Notes: a model not told the origin generated them from the letters alone. A stretch of DNA of 64,000 bases from Bradymonadia bacterium (GCA_046290225.1 JBKAGE010000036.1:128001-192000), one strand, 5' to 3'; shown: positions 31,329-42,812, counted from the stretch's first letter. A program made the numbers and translations.

Positions 31329-32629
31329 GAAGAGGCCTCTCCTTCGATGGTGTCGGCCGCGCTCTCCCCAGAGGATGCAGGGAGGAGCGCCTTGGCCTGG
31401 TAGAAGATCTGGTCGATCCCGCCCACGTTCCACAGATCGGCGATCCAGGCGTGGGGCCGGGTGCGGGCGAGCCGACGCAGCTCTGCGTCATACCCCGTGT
31501 GGTTGGTGGCCACAAATACGCAGTCCACGTCTTCGAGGGCCCGGGCGATGGGCCAGTTCCGCACAGTGCGCCCCGTGTCCTCGATGGCCTCGGGCAGGTT
31601 GTGATCAGTGATCCTGATCCAGCTGGGCAGGGCCCGCTCGATGTATCGGTGCAGCTTCGGCGCGAGGCTGTCGCGGATGTCGTCAGTGTCCTGCTTGAAG
31701 CTGTACCCCAAGATCGCCACCTTCTGATCGTGCAGCTCGGTGCGCTGCTGCAGGTGATTCACCAGGAACGCGGGGATGTACTCGTTCATCTTCCACGCCG
31801 ACAGCAACATGTCGGGGTATGGGCTCCACTCGTTGATCATGCCGAAGTCTTTGCGCAGGCACGTGCCGGCGGTGAAGCCCGGCCGGGCGATGCTGCTCCG
31901 GGGATACTTGTGGTTCGCCATGCGGCGAATCTCGTAGATGTTGGCCCCGAAGGTGTCGGCGACGAGAGCGAACTGGTTGGCCACGGCAAAGTGCACGTAC
32001 CGCGCGATGTTGTTGAACAGCTTCACCAGCTCGGCGCTGACGAAGTCGGTGTGCATGATGTCTTCGGTCAATCGACCGAAGAGGGCCGTGGCGGCCTCAC
32101 GGCTGTTCGGATCTTGCGTGCCGATGATCTGGGGCAAAGTGCGCAGCTCTTCGTAGGCTTTGCCCTCGGCGATGCGCTCTGGGCAGAACGCCAGACACAC
32201 ATCTTCACCGATGCGATGGCCCGTGCGGCGCTCCAACCACTTGCGCACATATTCGGTGGTGCCCGGCGCCACAGTGCTCCGCAGGCAGATGAGCTGGCCA
32301 GTGCGCAGATGAGGGCTCACGCTCTCGAGCACCTTCTGAATCTGGCTCAGATCAGTCTCGATGTGATTGTGCAGCGGGGTGCCCACGGTGATCACCACCG
32401 CTCGGCTCTTGGAGATGACCTCGGGCTCGCCGTGCACCTGGAATGCTTTGGTGGCGATGATCTCGCTGTACCCGGGCTCGTGGAATGGCATCACCCCGGC
32501 ATTCACCGACTCTCGCAGGTTCGGGTCGATGTCCACCCCGGTGGCGTTGTACCCCACCTCGACGAGAGACAAGCCCAGGGGCAACCCCACTCGGCCAGTG
32601 CCTACGATACAGACGTCATACTCGAACAT
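31325..32629 (-). CDS. UDP-glucose/GDP-mannose dehydrogenase family (WecC-like)
   Basis: GTGRVGLP, ITVGTP, RSTVAPGTT, FCPERIAEG, AELVKL, catalytic GTCLRKD, DIRDS. Confidence 0.9.
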   Translation of the reverse strand: MFEYDVCIVGTGRVGLPLGLSLVEVGYNATGVDIDPNLRESVNAGVMPFHEPGYSEIIATKAFQVHGEPEVISKSRAVVITVGTPLHNHIETDLSQIQKVLESVSPHLRTGQLICLRSTVAPGTTEYVRKWLERRTGHRIGEDVCLAFCPERIAEGKAYEELRTLPQIIGTQDPNSREAATALFGRLTEDIMHTDFVSAELVKLFNNIARYVHFAVANQFALVADTFGANIYEIRRMANHKYPRSSIARPGFTAGTCLRKDFGMINEWSPYPDMLLSAWKMNEYIPAFLVNHLQQRTELHDQKVAILGYSFKQDTDDIRDSLAPKLHRYIERALPSWIRITDHNLPEAIEDTGRTVRNWPIARALEDVDCVFVATNHTGYDAELRRLARTRPHAWIADLWNVGGIDQIFYQAKALLPASSGESAADTIEGEASS

Positions 32630-32953
32630 GTGCGCTCCGTGATCCTGAAGGCGTGGCCTGTGCCACTCCGGTGCCGGGTTATGCGGCGTCAGTTGGGGTG
32701 TCGGCGCGAGCGGTGCTGGCCTTGAGACAGCCTCACTCGAAGAGACATCAACACATGGACGCCTCTCGACTCGAGAGTGTGACCCCAGCGGGCGGTCAAG
32801 TGTCTCGGGGCTTACCGCGAAGATGCAATCCGGGCAAGGAAAGGCATGCCCCGAAGTGGGGCATTTAGCAGTGGTCAAACCTGTCTCGATGTAGGAGAAT
32901 GCCTCATCTGTATAGATGTGTGCCTCTCATTCCTTACACCGAAGGGACTCGAC

Positions 32954-35900
32954 ATGGCCCTGAAACAGTTCTCCATCGCATGTGCAGGTCTGGCGACGCT
33001 GGCGCTGTGCAACACAGCAACGGCGCAGACGCCGGCCAACTGCGCAGGCATCCTCGCCGCAGGGCAGAGCGTGGGTGATGGCGTGTATGCCATCGACCCC
33101 GACGGCCCTGGCGGTGACGCCCCCTTCAACGCGTACTGTGACATGACCACTGATGGCGGTGGCTGGACGCTGGTGGGCAACCTGTTCAACCGGTGGGCCC
33201 AGACCCCTGCCCCGGGCCCCTTCTTCACGCAGGACATCACTCAGGCAAGCAATGGCTGGTCGGCGAACAATGGCAACGGCACCACCATCACGCCGGCTCA
33301 GCCCGGTGTGTTGAAGGTGGACGACTGGGAGGTGCCCACGGAGATTCGCTACCAGATGGTGGAGCGCTCCAATGGCATCGTCCGCAATCAGGTTGTGATT
33401 GACGACGCGGCCTCCATCACCCACGTCACGGGCCAGTTCAACGTGGAGCGTGATGCACGCAACGGCTCGGCAACGGGCTTCTCCACGCCCTTCAACCAGG
33501 ACCTCACCTTCTATTACGCCAGTGATTACGAGCACACCTGGCATTACTGGGGCGGCATCATGGGCCGCAGCCGCAAGCGCAACGGCTGGCAAATCGGTCT
33601 CTCGGTGAACCAGGCTGATGGCATCAACGGTTACAACAACATCAACGACGATCAGAACCGCGGCCACCTCAACATCGGCGTCGGCGGTGATCCCCAAGAC
33701 AACCGCGACATCACGGGTTACTGGGCCGGCCTCTGTGAGAGTCAGGGCTGCAACGAGCAGTGGGCCGCCAACCTCGGCTCGGCTACGGCCTCGTTCCGCA
33801 TCTGGTACCGCGGCATCTCCGACACCGACGCAGATGGCATCAACGACGAGCTCGACAACTGCCCTGCTGTAGCCAATGCCGATCAGGCCGACGGCGACAG
33901 TGACGGTGTGGGTGACGCCTGTGACGCGTGCCCGAATGACGGCACCAACGACGCAGACAGCGACGGCGTTTGCCAGGACGTAGACAACTGCCCCTCTGTC
34001 TCCAACGCAGACCAGCTCGATGACAATGGTGACGGCTACGGCGATGCCTGTGTGAGCACCGCCGCCAACATCGACCCCACGGCCACTCTGGGCAATGACA
34101 TCATCATCGGCCCCAACGCGGTCATCGGCAGCTACGCCAGCATCGGCGACGGCACCAACATCGGCGGCACTGTGGGTAACAGCGTGGGCATTGGCGCAGG
34201 CTCGGTGGTGCCCGACGGCTCGAGCGTCGGCAACGGCGCCCGCCTTGGAGCCAACGTGGGCCTCGGTACTGGTTGCTCGGTGGAGGTGCTCGCACGCTTG
34301 GGCGACAACGTCACCGCCGGCGACAACTGCTTCTTCGGCAGCAAGGCCAACGTGGGCGCCGGCAGCAGCTTCGGCGCCAACGTCAGCGTCGGTATCCAGG
34401 CCATCGTTGGCGACGGCTCGAGCTTCGCTGACGGCGCCAGCCTCGGCAACAACAGCCAGGTCGGCGCCAGCGCTGATCTGCTCGCCGGAGCCACCATCGG
34501 CAGCAACACCACCGTCGGCCACACCCTCAGCCTCGGCGCTGGCGGCAGCGTCGAAGGCAACACCGTCATCGGTGACGAGGCAATCATCGGCGCCGGCGGC
34601 ATCGTGCGTAGCTACGTGACCATCGGCAACAGCCTCGCCATGGGCGCTGGCGCTGAGTTTGCCTCTGGTGCCGCTGCAGGCGACGACGCCACCGTCGGTG
34701 AGAACTCCGAGATCCGCGGCGAGATCGGCAACAACGTCACGTTGGAAGACCGGGTGTTCATCGGCAACCAGAGCAGCGTCGGTGACAACGGCCACCTGCA
34801 CCACGACGTGAGCCTCGGCATCTTCGTCAGCTTGGGCTCCGGCGTCACCGTGAACGACGACAGCGCCATCTACGACGGCGCGACCCTCGGCGACGACAGC
34901 ACCGTGGGCGAGCGCACCACCATCTTGTTCCGAGCCAACATCGGCGCCCGGGCCAGCATCGGCGACGACGCCATCGTGGACGAGCAGAACACCATCGGTG
35001 ACGACTTCGTCCTGGGGAACAACAGCCGCCTCTGGCCCCGCTCGACGTACGGGCACAACGTCAACATCGGGGCCAACGTGCTCATCCGCGACAGCGCCGA
35101 CGTCGGCGACGGCGTCACGGTCGAGGATGACGTCATCATCTTCCCCGAGAGCACCCTCGGCGAGGGCGCCATCATCCGCCAGGGCGTTGAGCTCGGCGTA
35201 GAGACCTGCGAGACCCGTGTCTGTGGGCAGGTCAACGTGGGCGGCTGCCAGGATGTCGGCGCCGATCTCGCCCCTGGGGCCAGCTCGGAAGATGACTGCG
35301 CAACCATCGATGGCGATCTGGTGGTCAACGCCAACAGCACCTTCGACCCCACCACCGCTTCGCTCGTGGGCCGCGCCCACCCCGACGCGGTGAACTTCCT
35401 CGCGGCGAGCTTCGGCGCCGACTCGGTCACCGTGAACGCCGATCTGTCGGGCCTCGAAGAGGGCGACGAGGTGTTGATCCTCAACCTGTACGGCAGCTCT
35501 GCCCGTCACAGCTCGGTGGGTGCCTACGAGTTCGCGCGCATCACCGCGCTGAACGAGGCCACCAACACCATCACCTTCGAGCAGAACCTCACCGCCACCT
35601 TCGGCAACGGCAGCAACGCCGATCTCATCGACCAGACGATTCTGGTGCAGCGTGTGCCCACCTACAGCTCTGCTGTCATCAACGGCATGATCACCGCTGA
35701 CGAGTTCAACCCCGCCAATGGCCGCGGCGGCGTGGTGGCCTTCCGCGTCGACGGCACCCTCACCTTCGGGGCCAACGGCAGCGTGAACGTCACCGCCATG
35801 GGCTTCCCTGGTGGCAACTGGGGCCAGGGGAACAACGCCCCTGGCCAGAGTGGCTTCAGCATCACCGGCAGTGGCGTCTACTCCCCTGCCAACGGCGGCG

Positions 35901-36487
35901 TGAACCCTCCGGCCAACTCAACTGGTGGCGCCGGTGGCCATGGTAACAGTCACGGCGGGTGCGGCGGCGGTGGCGGTGGTTATGTCATCCGTGGTGGCCG
36001 AGGCTCGACTGGCGGCTCCACCCATGGTACCCACATCCCCTATGGGGGTTACACCATCGGAAGCGCTGACCTCTCTGGTGGCCTGTTCTTCGGCGGCGGC
36101 GGCGGCGGTGGCGGTGACAACGACAACAATGCCCACATCGGCGAGGGTGGCTACGGTGGTGGTATCGTCTTCATCTCCGCCACCGAGATCGTCGATCTTG
36201 ATGTCATTGCCGACGGTGAAGAAGGCCACAACGGTGATGGGGGCGGCGGTGGCTGTGGTTACGCCATGGGTGGCTCCGGCGCCGGCGGCACCATCTACGT
36301 GGTGGCTGACACCATGACCATCCGCGAGGTCTCCGCCGAAGGCGGCATCCGCAACCTCAACGGCTCCGACTGCCGCAGCGACGGTCAGTTCCGTCCCTAC
36401 GGTGGCGAAGGCTCCGAGGGCCGCGTGCGCATCGATGGTGTCATCAACGGCGCCACAAACACCTCCCCGGCGCCCTACCGACCCTGA
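32954..36487 (+). CDS. secreted modular protein: fibrinogen-like head, TSP3 repeats, long left-handed beta-helix, Gly-rich C-terminal domain
   Basis: signal peptide; [18 protein letters not shown]...NADQ.D.D.DG.GDAC; about 400 aa of (I/V)G hexapeptides; GGGGGG blocks. Confidence 0.85.
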   Translation: MALKQFSIACAGLATLALCNTATAQTPANCAGILAAGQSVGDGVYAIDPDGPGGDAPFNAYCDMTTDGGGWTLVGNLFNRWAQTPAPGPFFTQDITQASNGWSANNGNGTTITPAQPGVLKVDDWEVPTEIRYQMVERSNGIVRNQVVIDDAASITHVTGQFNVERDARNGSATGFSTPFNQDLTFYYASDYEHTWHYWGGIMGRSRKRNGWQIGLSVNQADGINGYNNINDDQNRGHLNIGVGGDPQDNRDITGYWAGLCESQGCNEQWAANLGSATASFRIWYRGISDTDADGINDELDNCPAVANADQADGDSDGVGDACDACPNDGTNDADSDGVCQDVDNCPSVSNADQLDDNGDGYGDACVSTAANIDPTATLGNDIIIGPNAVIGSYASIGDGTNIGGTVGNSVGIGAGSVVPDGSSVGNGARLGANVGLGTGCSVEVLARLGDNVTAGDNCFFGSKANVGAGSSFGANVSVGIQAIVGDGSSFADGASLGNNSQVGASADLLAGATIGSNTTVGHTLSLGAGGSVEGNTVIGDEAIIGAGGIVRSYVTIGNSLAMGAGAEFASGAAAGDDATVGENSEIRGEIGNNVTLEDRVFIGNQSSVGDNGHLHHDVSLGIFVSLGSGVTVNDDSAIYDGATLGDDSTVGERTTILFRANIGARASIGDDAIVDEQNTIGDDFVLGNNSRLWPRSTYGHNVNIGANVLIRDSADVGDGVTVEDDVIIFPESTLGEGAIIRQGVELGVETCETRVCGQVNVGGCQDVGADLAPGASSEDDCATIDGDLVVNANSTFDPTTASLVGRAHPDAVNFLAASFGADSVTVNADLSGLEEGDEVLILNLYGSSARHSSVGAYEFARITALNEATNTITFEQNLTATFGNGSNADLIDQTILVQRVPTYSSAVINGMITADEFNPANGRGGVVAFRVDGTLTFGANGSVNVTAMGFPGGNWGQGNNAPGQSGFSITGSGVYSPANGGVNPPANSTGGAGGHGNSHGGCGGGGGGYVIRGGRGSTGGSTHGTHIPYGGYTIGSADLSGGLFFGGGGGGGGDNDNNAHIGEGGYGGGIVFISATEIVDLDVIADGEEGHNGDGGGGGCGYAMGGSGAGGTIYVVADTMTIREVSAEGGIRNLNGSDCRSDGQFRPYGGEGSEGRVRIDGVINGATNTSPAPYRP

Positions 36488-36760
36488 TCGGCGCTCAATC
36501 TCTCCTCACGCCTCCCCACGCCTCTCCTCTCTCCTATAGATAGATGCCATTTCGGGCCGTCTCCGGTGCCCGAGACCTCTGATGATCCAACAGAGATTTC
36601 GAGGCACCTCTTCCGACCTTGCACACACCTTACACACCCACCCAAAGACACACCTTGCCCCACCATGAAACACATGTATCTTTATTAGTGACATACTCCC
36701 CACATTGATCCACATTGAGTTACAGGGACGCAGACGGAGCGGCAGAGGGAGACCAGAAGA

Positions 36761-39511
36761 GTGGAGTGCAGGATGCATCGACCATCACGATCGAAAGCGC
36801 TGGGTCGCGTTTTCGTATTCGGGCTCACAACCCTGACATGTGCTGGGATCGCCCATGGAGGACAGGGCAACAACCACTGTGCCATTGATGACACTGGCCA
36901 GGTCAAGTGCTGGGGTCAGGGCCACAACGGCCGCCTGGGCCAGGGCGACACCTCTCATCGCGGCGACGGCGCCAATGAGATGGGTGATTTTCTCAGTTAC
37001 ATAGACCTTGGCACCAATCAACCTGTCGTTCAGGTGGCTCAGGGCGGGGGTCACACGTGTGCATTGTTCGACGATGGCGCGATCAAGTGCTGGGGTGACA
37101 ACGCCAACGGAGAGCTCGGGCAAGAGGACTTCACCACCCGCGGTGACCAGCCAGGTGAGATGGGGGCCAACCTGCCCTATGTCGATCTCGGCACGGGTCG
37201 TACGGTGGTCAGCCTCTCGGCAGGCTTCGATTACACATGCGCCATCCTCGACAACGGCGGGGTGAAGTGCTGGGGACGCAACAGCTTTGGCAACCTCGGC
37301 CTCGGTGACACCATTCGACGGGGCGCCTCCCCCGGTGAAATGGGCGACAATCTGGAATATGTGGATCTCGGCACAGGTCGAACCGCAGTTCAACTCTCGG
37401 CATCGGTGACGTTCACCTGCGCCGTCCTCGACGATGGCAGCGTCAAATGCTGGGGGCAAAACCCATATGGTCAGCTCGGCCTCGGCGACGTCTCGGCTCG
37501 GGGAGACGAGCCTGGGGAGATGGGCGACGCCTTGCCTGCCGTAGATCTCGGCACAGGTCGTACCGCCATCAGCGTCGCCACTGGCACCTCCAACGCATGC
37601 GCCATCCTCGATGATGGCAGCGTCAAGTGTTGGGGCCGGAGCTTCTTTGGAGAAAGCGGCGCCGGCGACGCACTCACTCGGGGCGACGAGCCCGGAGAGA
37701 TGGGTGACGCCTTGCCTGCTGTGGCTTTGGGGACTGATCGCACGGCCACCCAGCTGGCGTTGAGCGACTTTTCGTCCTGTGCCTTGTTGGACAATGGTGG
37801 GGTGAAGTGCTGGGGCCGCAACAGCTTTGGCAACCTCGGCATCGGCGACACCGCTCACCGCGGAGACAACGCCGGCGAGATGGGCAACGCGCTGTTCTAC
37901 GCAGGTACAGCCTCGGGACGCACGGTGCAGCAGGTCGCGGCCGGCGACAATCACACGTGCGCTTTGATCGACGACGGCACTGTGCAGTGCTGGGGCTACA
38001 ACACCTACGGGCAGCTCGGCCAGGGTCACAAGCTCGCCATCGGTGATGAAGCGGGCGAGGTGATCCCCACCGTGCCCCTCGGCGCTAACTTCACTGCAGC
38101 TGTGTTGGGTGGTGCCACCGGCGCCCCCATCGTGCCCGTGCAGTGCGACGTGCCCGACAACGACGGCGATGGTGTGTGTGGTGACGTGGACAACTGCCCC
38201 ACGGTGCCCAATGCCGATCAAGCAGATGACAACGGTGATGGCCATGGTGACGCCTGTGTCAGCCCCCTCGCCGACATCCACCCCACGGCCACGTTGGGCT
38301 TCGGTGTCGTGATCGGGGCCGAGGCCAGCATTGGCGCCTTCAGCAACATCAACGCCTATGCAACGGTGAACGGCACGGTGGGCGACAGCGTCACTGTGGG
38401 TCGGGAAGCCGTCGTACAGGCAGGGGCCATCGTGGAGAACGTCGCTCAAATCGGCGAGCAGACGCAGATCGGCGCCGGGTGTCAGATCGGTGTGCTCGCG
38501 AACATCGGCCCCGAGTCATCTCTCGGTGACGACTGCATCGTGGGTACCCGCGCAGTGGTCGGCGGAGGCGCCAACCTCGGCGCCAGATGCCAGATCGGCG
38601 CGCTGAGCACCCTCGACGAGCGCGCTCAGTTCCAGGCAGATGTCACCATCGGCAGCAACACCATCATCGGTGAGTTCCCACAGATCAGCGCCAACAGCAG
38701 CATCGGGAGCAACACTGTGGTGGGCAACAACCTGGTCATGACCCTCAGATCCACCATCGAGTCCAACACCACCATCGGCAACCAGGTCACCCTCTTCGAC
38801 GATGTGTCCATCGGCAACTACGTCATCGTCGGCAGCGCCCTCACCATGCTCTCGGGGGCAGAGCTCGCTGACGGTGTGGTCGTCGGCGACGCCGTGGATG
38901 TGGGCTCGAACAGCGAAATCCGCGGCACCCTCGAAGACTTCGTCGTCGTGGGCAACGACGCCTTCGTAGGCAACCAAAGCACCGTGGGCAGTCGGAGTGA
39001 GCTCCAGGACGGGGTCACCCTCGGCAGCTTCGTGACCTTGGGTGAGCTCGGCTTCGTACGCGCTGGAGCCACCCTGTACGACGGGGTGACCATCGGCATC
39101 GACTCTCACATCGGCGAAGACGTCACCATCCTCTACAACACCACCCTCGGCACGCGCCCCGTTGTGGCGACGGACGCCTTCATCGATGAAGGGAACACGT
39201 TCGGAGACTTCGTCCGCGTCGACCTTCGATCCCGCATCTGGCCCCGTGGCACCTTTGGTGACAGCGTCGTCGTGCACCCTGACGTGCTCATCCGCGAGCG
39301 GGCCCAGGTGGGTGATGGGGTCATCATCTGGAACGACGCCATCATCTACCCGGAGACCATCATCGGGGAGACCAGCCAGATCGGCCACGGCGTGGAAGTG
39401 GGTGCCGCAGACTGCGCACTGAGAGTCTGTGGGCAGGTCACCATCGGGTGTGGTGTCATCGTCGAAGACGATCTGGCTCCAGCCTCCACAGTGGGCGCCC
39501 TCTGCGACTGA
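36761..39511 (+). CDS. secreted modular protein: RCC1/BLIP-II repeat propeller, TSP3 repeat, long left-handed beta-helix
   Basis: seven CA..D.G..(K/Q)CWG.N..G.LG repeats with GEMGD.L..VDLG inserts; DNCP..PNADQ; hexapeptide stalk. Confidence 0.85.
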   Translation: MECRMHRPSRSKALGRVFVFGLTTLTCAGIAHGGQGNNHCAIDDTGQVKCWGQGHNGRLGQGDTSHRGDGANEMGDFLSYIDLGTNQPVVQVAQGGGHTCALFDDGAIKCWGDNANGELGQEDFTTRGDQPGEMGANLPYVDLGTGRTVVSLSAGFDYTCAILDNGGVKCWGRNSFGNLGLGDTIRRGASPGEMGDNLEYVDLGTGRTAVQLSASVTFTCAVLDDGSVKCWGQNPYGQLGLGDVSARGDEPGEMGDALPAVDLGTGRTAISVATGTSNACAILDDGSVKCWGRSFFGESGAGDALTRGDEPGEMGDALPAVALGTDRTATQLALSDFSSCALLDNGGVKCWGRNSFGNLGIGDTAHRGDNAGEMGNALFYAGTASGRTVQQVAAGDNHTCALIDDGTVQCWGYNTYGQLGQGHKLAIGDEAGEVIPTVPLGANFTAAVLGGATGAPIVPVQCDVPDNDGDGVCGDVDNCPTVPNADQADDNGDGHGDACVSPLADIHPTATLGFGVVIGAEASIGAFSNINAYATVNGTVGDSVTVGREAVVQAGAIVENVAQIGEQTQIGAGCQIGVLANIGPESSLGDDCIVGTRAVVGGGANLGARCQIGALSTLDERAQFQADVTIGSNTIIGEFPQISANSSIGSNTVVGNNLVMTLRSTIESNTTIGNQVTLFDDVSIGNYVIVGSALTMLSGAELADGVVVGDAVDVGSNSEIRGTLEDFVVVGNDAFVGNQSTVGSRSELQDGVTLGSFVTLGELGFVRAGATLYDGVTIGIDSHIGEDVTILYNTTLGTRPVVATDAFIDEGNTFGDFVRVDLRSRIWPRGTFGDSVVVHPDVLIRERAQVGDGVIIWNDAIIYPETIIGETSQIGHGVEVGAADCALRVCGQVTIGCGVIVEDDLAPASTVGALCD

Positions 39512-39615
39512 CATCTCTGACGCGCTGATCCCAGAAGCGCTCTCGAAGACCTCTTGCGGCCTCGGCCGCCTCTGATGCATCTGGTCTCACGTCGTTCGAT
39601 CACGTGAGGCCCGCC

Positions 39616-40608
39616 ATGCCCATCTCCGACCCGCAAATCACCTCTCCCGCCCTCGGCGACTGGGCCGAAGCCCACACCGCCGGTCGACAGCGCGCCGTGC
39701 TCATGATCCTCGGCGGCCGTCAGCGAATGTCCATGGTGGGCCCCGACACCGCCGACTACCTGCATCGCCTGCTCACGTGGTCGGTGAAGGATCTGCAGCC
39801 CGGCGAGAGCGCCACCCCTTTCATGCTCACCACGACGGGGCGGGTCGAGCTGCACTTCGGGCTGCTGCGGGTCGACGAAGAGACCTTCTGGCTCGATCTG
39901 CCGCCGGGACTGTACGACAAGGCCTACGAGATGCTGGAGCGGTTCCACTTCTCGGAAGATCTCGAGTTTGGCGACATCACTGAGCACGTGAGCCTCGTGA
40001 GCGTGCAGGGGCCTGACGCCGGGAAGGTGCTCGCCGCTGCAGGCCTGCCCGTGCCTGATGGCGATCTTCGGCATGTGGCAGGTGAAATCGAGGGCCAGCC
40101 TCTCCGCGTAGCCCAGCGCAGCCGCATCGGCGGCCCGGGATACGACCTCTGGATCAGCGGCGACATGGAGACGGTCATCGGCCATGTGCTGGAAGCAGGT
40201 GTGGTGCCTGTGGGTGGTGAAGCGCTCCACAGCTTGCGCGTCGAAGGCGGGATCCCCCAGTACGGCGCTGAATACACCGACAAGAGCAGCCCCCTCGAGG
40301 TCTCGGATCTGTGGGGCATCACCGATGGCAAGGGCTGCTACCCCGGCCAGGAGGCCATCGAGATGACCATCGCTCGGGGCCGCCCCCCACGGGCGCTCCA
40401 GGCGGTTGATCTGAGCGGCGAGGCCGAGGTCGGTGACGATCTTGTCGCCAATGGCAAAGCCATCGGGAAGCTCACCAGCGTCGCGACGCTCCCTGACGGG
40501 CGCACCGTGGCCCTCGCTCTCGTGCGGCGTCGCGCCCTCGACGCTGAAGGGGTGACCTGTAGAGATCTGCCGGCGGTGTTGAGGTCCCCGGGCATCGACG
40601 CTATGTAG
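39616..40608 (+). CDS. ygfZ: folate-binding YgfZ/GcvT-family protein
   Basis: signature KGCYPGQE; LRVEGGIP. Confidence 0.82.
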   Translation: MPISDPQITSPALGDWAEAHTAGRQRAVLMILGGRQRMSMVGPDTADYLHRLLTWSVKDLQPGESATPFMLTTTGRVELHFGLLRVDEETFWLDLPPGLYDKAYEMLERFHFSEDLEFGDITEHVSLVSVQGPDAGKVLAAAGLPVPDGDLRHVAGEIEGQPLRVAQRSRIGGPGYDLWISGDMETVIGHVLEAGVVPVGGEALHSLRVEGGIPQYGAEYTDKSSPLEVSDLWGITDGKGCYPGQEAIEMTIARGRPPRALQAVDLSGEAEVGDDLVANGKAIGKLTSVATLPDGRTVALALVRRRALDAEGVTCRDLPAVLRSPGIDAM

Positions 40609-40632
40609 GACCTCCACTCTGCTGGAGGCCTC

Positions 40633-41382
40633 ATGCGCGACACCCCGGGCCCGAAAGACGCCCCCGAAAAGACCCCCGAAGAGCGGCAGCTCACCGAGTA
40701 CGAGCGCTACATCCGCACCGAAGCGCTGCTCAGCCTGCAAAAGGCCCCCGCAGATCTGTCGTGCCACGACGAGATGGCCTTTCAGATGGTCCATCAGGTG
40801 GAGGAGCTGTGGATGAAGCTCGCCCTCCACGAGCTGGACCGCGCTCAGGGCTTGATGCATCAGGACAACTTCCCCGAAGCCAGCCGCACGCTGAGGCGGG
40901 TGCACATCATCCTGACCCTCATGGCGAACCAGATGCGGATCCTGGAGACCATGTCGCCGAAGGCCTACTTCACCGTGCGGCAGGTCCTCGGCCGGGGCAG
41001 CGGCCAGGAGTCCCCGGGCTTCAACGCCATGCTCGACGAAGGCCCCCGCATGCGCGAGACCCTCAAGGGCCTGCTCGAGCGGTCGGGGGTGAGCTTGCTG
41101 GAGATTCATCGCGACCCCGAGGCACATCCCGCCCTCTTTGATCTCACCGAGGCGCTGCTCGACGTCGACGACGGGTTTCAGCAGTTCCGTGCCCGGCACC
41201 TGGCCCTGGTCCGACGCATCATCGGCGGGCGCACCCCCTCACTGAAGGGCGCCCCCGCGGATCTGCTCGAAGTGGGGGTGAAGGCGTGCTTCTTCCCGGA
41301 ACTGTGGCTGGTCCGCGAGGCCCTCTTTCGAGACTTCGTCCCCGGGCCTTCACTGGACGACGGCGGCTTCGACGGGCACTGA
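40633..41382 (+). CDS. tryptophan 2,3-dioxygenase family heme enzyme
   Basis: Y.RYI...LLSLQ, HDE..F..VHQVEELWMK, GSGQESPGF, FRARH...V.RIIG. Confidence 0.85.
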   Translation: MRDTPGPKDAPEKTPEERQLTEYERYIRTEALLSLQKAPADLSCHDEMAFQMVHQVEELWMKLALHELDRAQGLMHQDNFPEASRTLRRVHIILTLMANQMRILETMSPKAYFTVRQVLGRGSGQESPGFNAMLDEGPRMRETLKGLLERSGVSLLEIHRDPEAHPALFDLTEALLDVDDGFQQFRARHLALVRRIIGGRTPSLKGAPADLLEVGVKACFFPELWLVREALFRDFVPGPSLDDGGFDGH

Positions 41383-41447
41383 TCGGGATGTGATGGCCAG
41401 AGCGCCTCAGGTGGGCGCAGGTCGAGGGCGCGTTGAGAGGAGCACGC

Positions 41448-42812
41448 ATGTCCAAGGACTGGGAGACCCTCGCTGGAGGGCAAGGACAAAAGCCCACTAC
41501 GGGGCGTCTGGGGCGAGCCATCAAGCTCGGCGGCCTCGCCACACGGGTCACAGGCTCTCTCATCGCTGGGGGCATCAAAGGCAAGATCCTCGGCAAGGAG
41601 CGTGGCGCCGCGGCCCAGGCCGATGTGTTCATGAAGAACGCCGATCGCATCGTCGAGACCATGGGGCAACTCAAGGGCGCCGCCATGAAGATCGGCCAGA
41701 TGCTCAGCATCGACACCGACGGCCTGCCTCCGGAGTTCGTCGACCGGCTCTCGGCGCTGCAGAAGTCCGCTCCACCCATGGACTGGGACACCCTCAGGGG
41801 TCAGGTTGAGGGCGCCCTCGATCGACCCATCGAGGACGCCTTCCAGTTCTTCGACCCCGAGCCCATCGGCTCTGCCAGCATCGGCCAGGTCCACAAGGCC
41901 CGACTCTTCGACGGCACTGATGTGGCGGTGAAGATTCAGTACCCGGGCATCGCCCAGACACTGGAGAGTGATCTCAAGAACCTCTCCACCCTGCTCAACC
42001 TCGGTCGGGTCTTCGCCAGCAGAGAGCGCCTCGAAGGTTTCCTCGAGGAAGCGCGACAGAGCCTGCTCGAAGAGGCCAACTACACCCTCGAGGCCGAGAA
42101 CCTCGTGAAGTACGGCCCGCTGCTCAGCAGCTTGCCGGGCATCAGGACCCCCAAGGCGTTCCCCGAGCTCACAGCGCCTACAGTGCTCACCATGGAGTTC
42201 ATCGAGGGCCAGAAGATCGACGACGGCCTCATGGCGATGACCGACGTCGAAGCTCAGCAACAGATCCTCGAGCGGTTCATCCACGCCTTCGTCTGGATGT
42301 TCCACGACCACCAGATCATCCACGCGGATCCACACCCGGGGAACTTCCTGCTCACCGAGGACGGTGACATCGCCCTGCTTGACTTTGGCTGCATCAGCAC
42401 CTTCAGCGAGACCTTCTCCGACGGCATGCTGCATCTGCTCAAGGCTTATTGGGATCGAGACGGCCAGGCCACCCGGGACCACTACCGCCGTCTGGGCTTC
42501 GGCCCTGAAGACGGCACCTTGCCCAGCGCCGAGATGCTCGTGGAGTATCACGACCTGATCCTCACCCCCATGGGACACAGGGGCCCCTTCAACTTCGGGG
42601 ACTGGGCGGTGAACGCCCAGATCAGGAAGTTCATGCGCACCCACCTCGAATTCCTCAAGATGGTGCCGCCGCCGGAGTCACTCATGTATTTCCGGGTGGT
42701 GGCCGGCATCAAGGGTCTGCTCAACCGCGTCGCCGTGCCGGTGGATGTACATGCTCAGGCCGTCGCCGCCGCCGTCCGTCGGGGGATCGTGCCCGAAGGA
42801 GCCTATCGATGA
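41448..42812 (+). CDS. ABC1/AarF (UbiB/COQ8-like) atypical kinase
   Basis: LKGAAMKIGQ, SASIGQVH, VAVKIQYPG, HADPHPGNF, LDFG. Confidence 0.92.
   Translation: MSKDWETLAGGQGQKPTTGRLGRAIKLGGLATRVTGSLIAGGIKGKILGKERGAAAQADVFMKNADRIVETMGQLKGAAMKIGQMLSIDTDGLPPEFVDRLSALQKSAPPMDWDTLRGQVEGALDRPIEDAFQFFDPEPIGSASIGQVHKARLFDGTDVAVKIQYPGIAQTLESDLKNLSTLLNLGRVFASRERLEGFLEEARQSLLEEANYTLEAENLVKYGPLLSSLPGIRTPKAFPELTAPTVLTMEFIEGQKIDDGLMAMTDVEAQQQILERFIHAFVWMFHDHQIIHADPHPGNFLLTEDGDIALLDFGCISTFSETFSDGMLHLLKAYWDRDGQATRDHYRRLGFGPEDGTLPSAEMLVEYHDLILTPMGHRGPFNFGDWAVNAQIRKFMRTHLEFLKMVPPPESLMYFRVVAGIKGLLNRVAVPVDVHAQAVAAAVRRGIVPEGAYR

Noticed and set aside
36488..36760. ncRNA or riboswitch between the two stalk genes
   Set aside because: C/A-rich low-complexity sequence with no convincing stems
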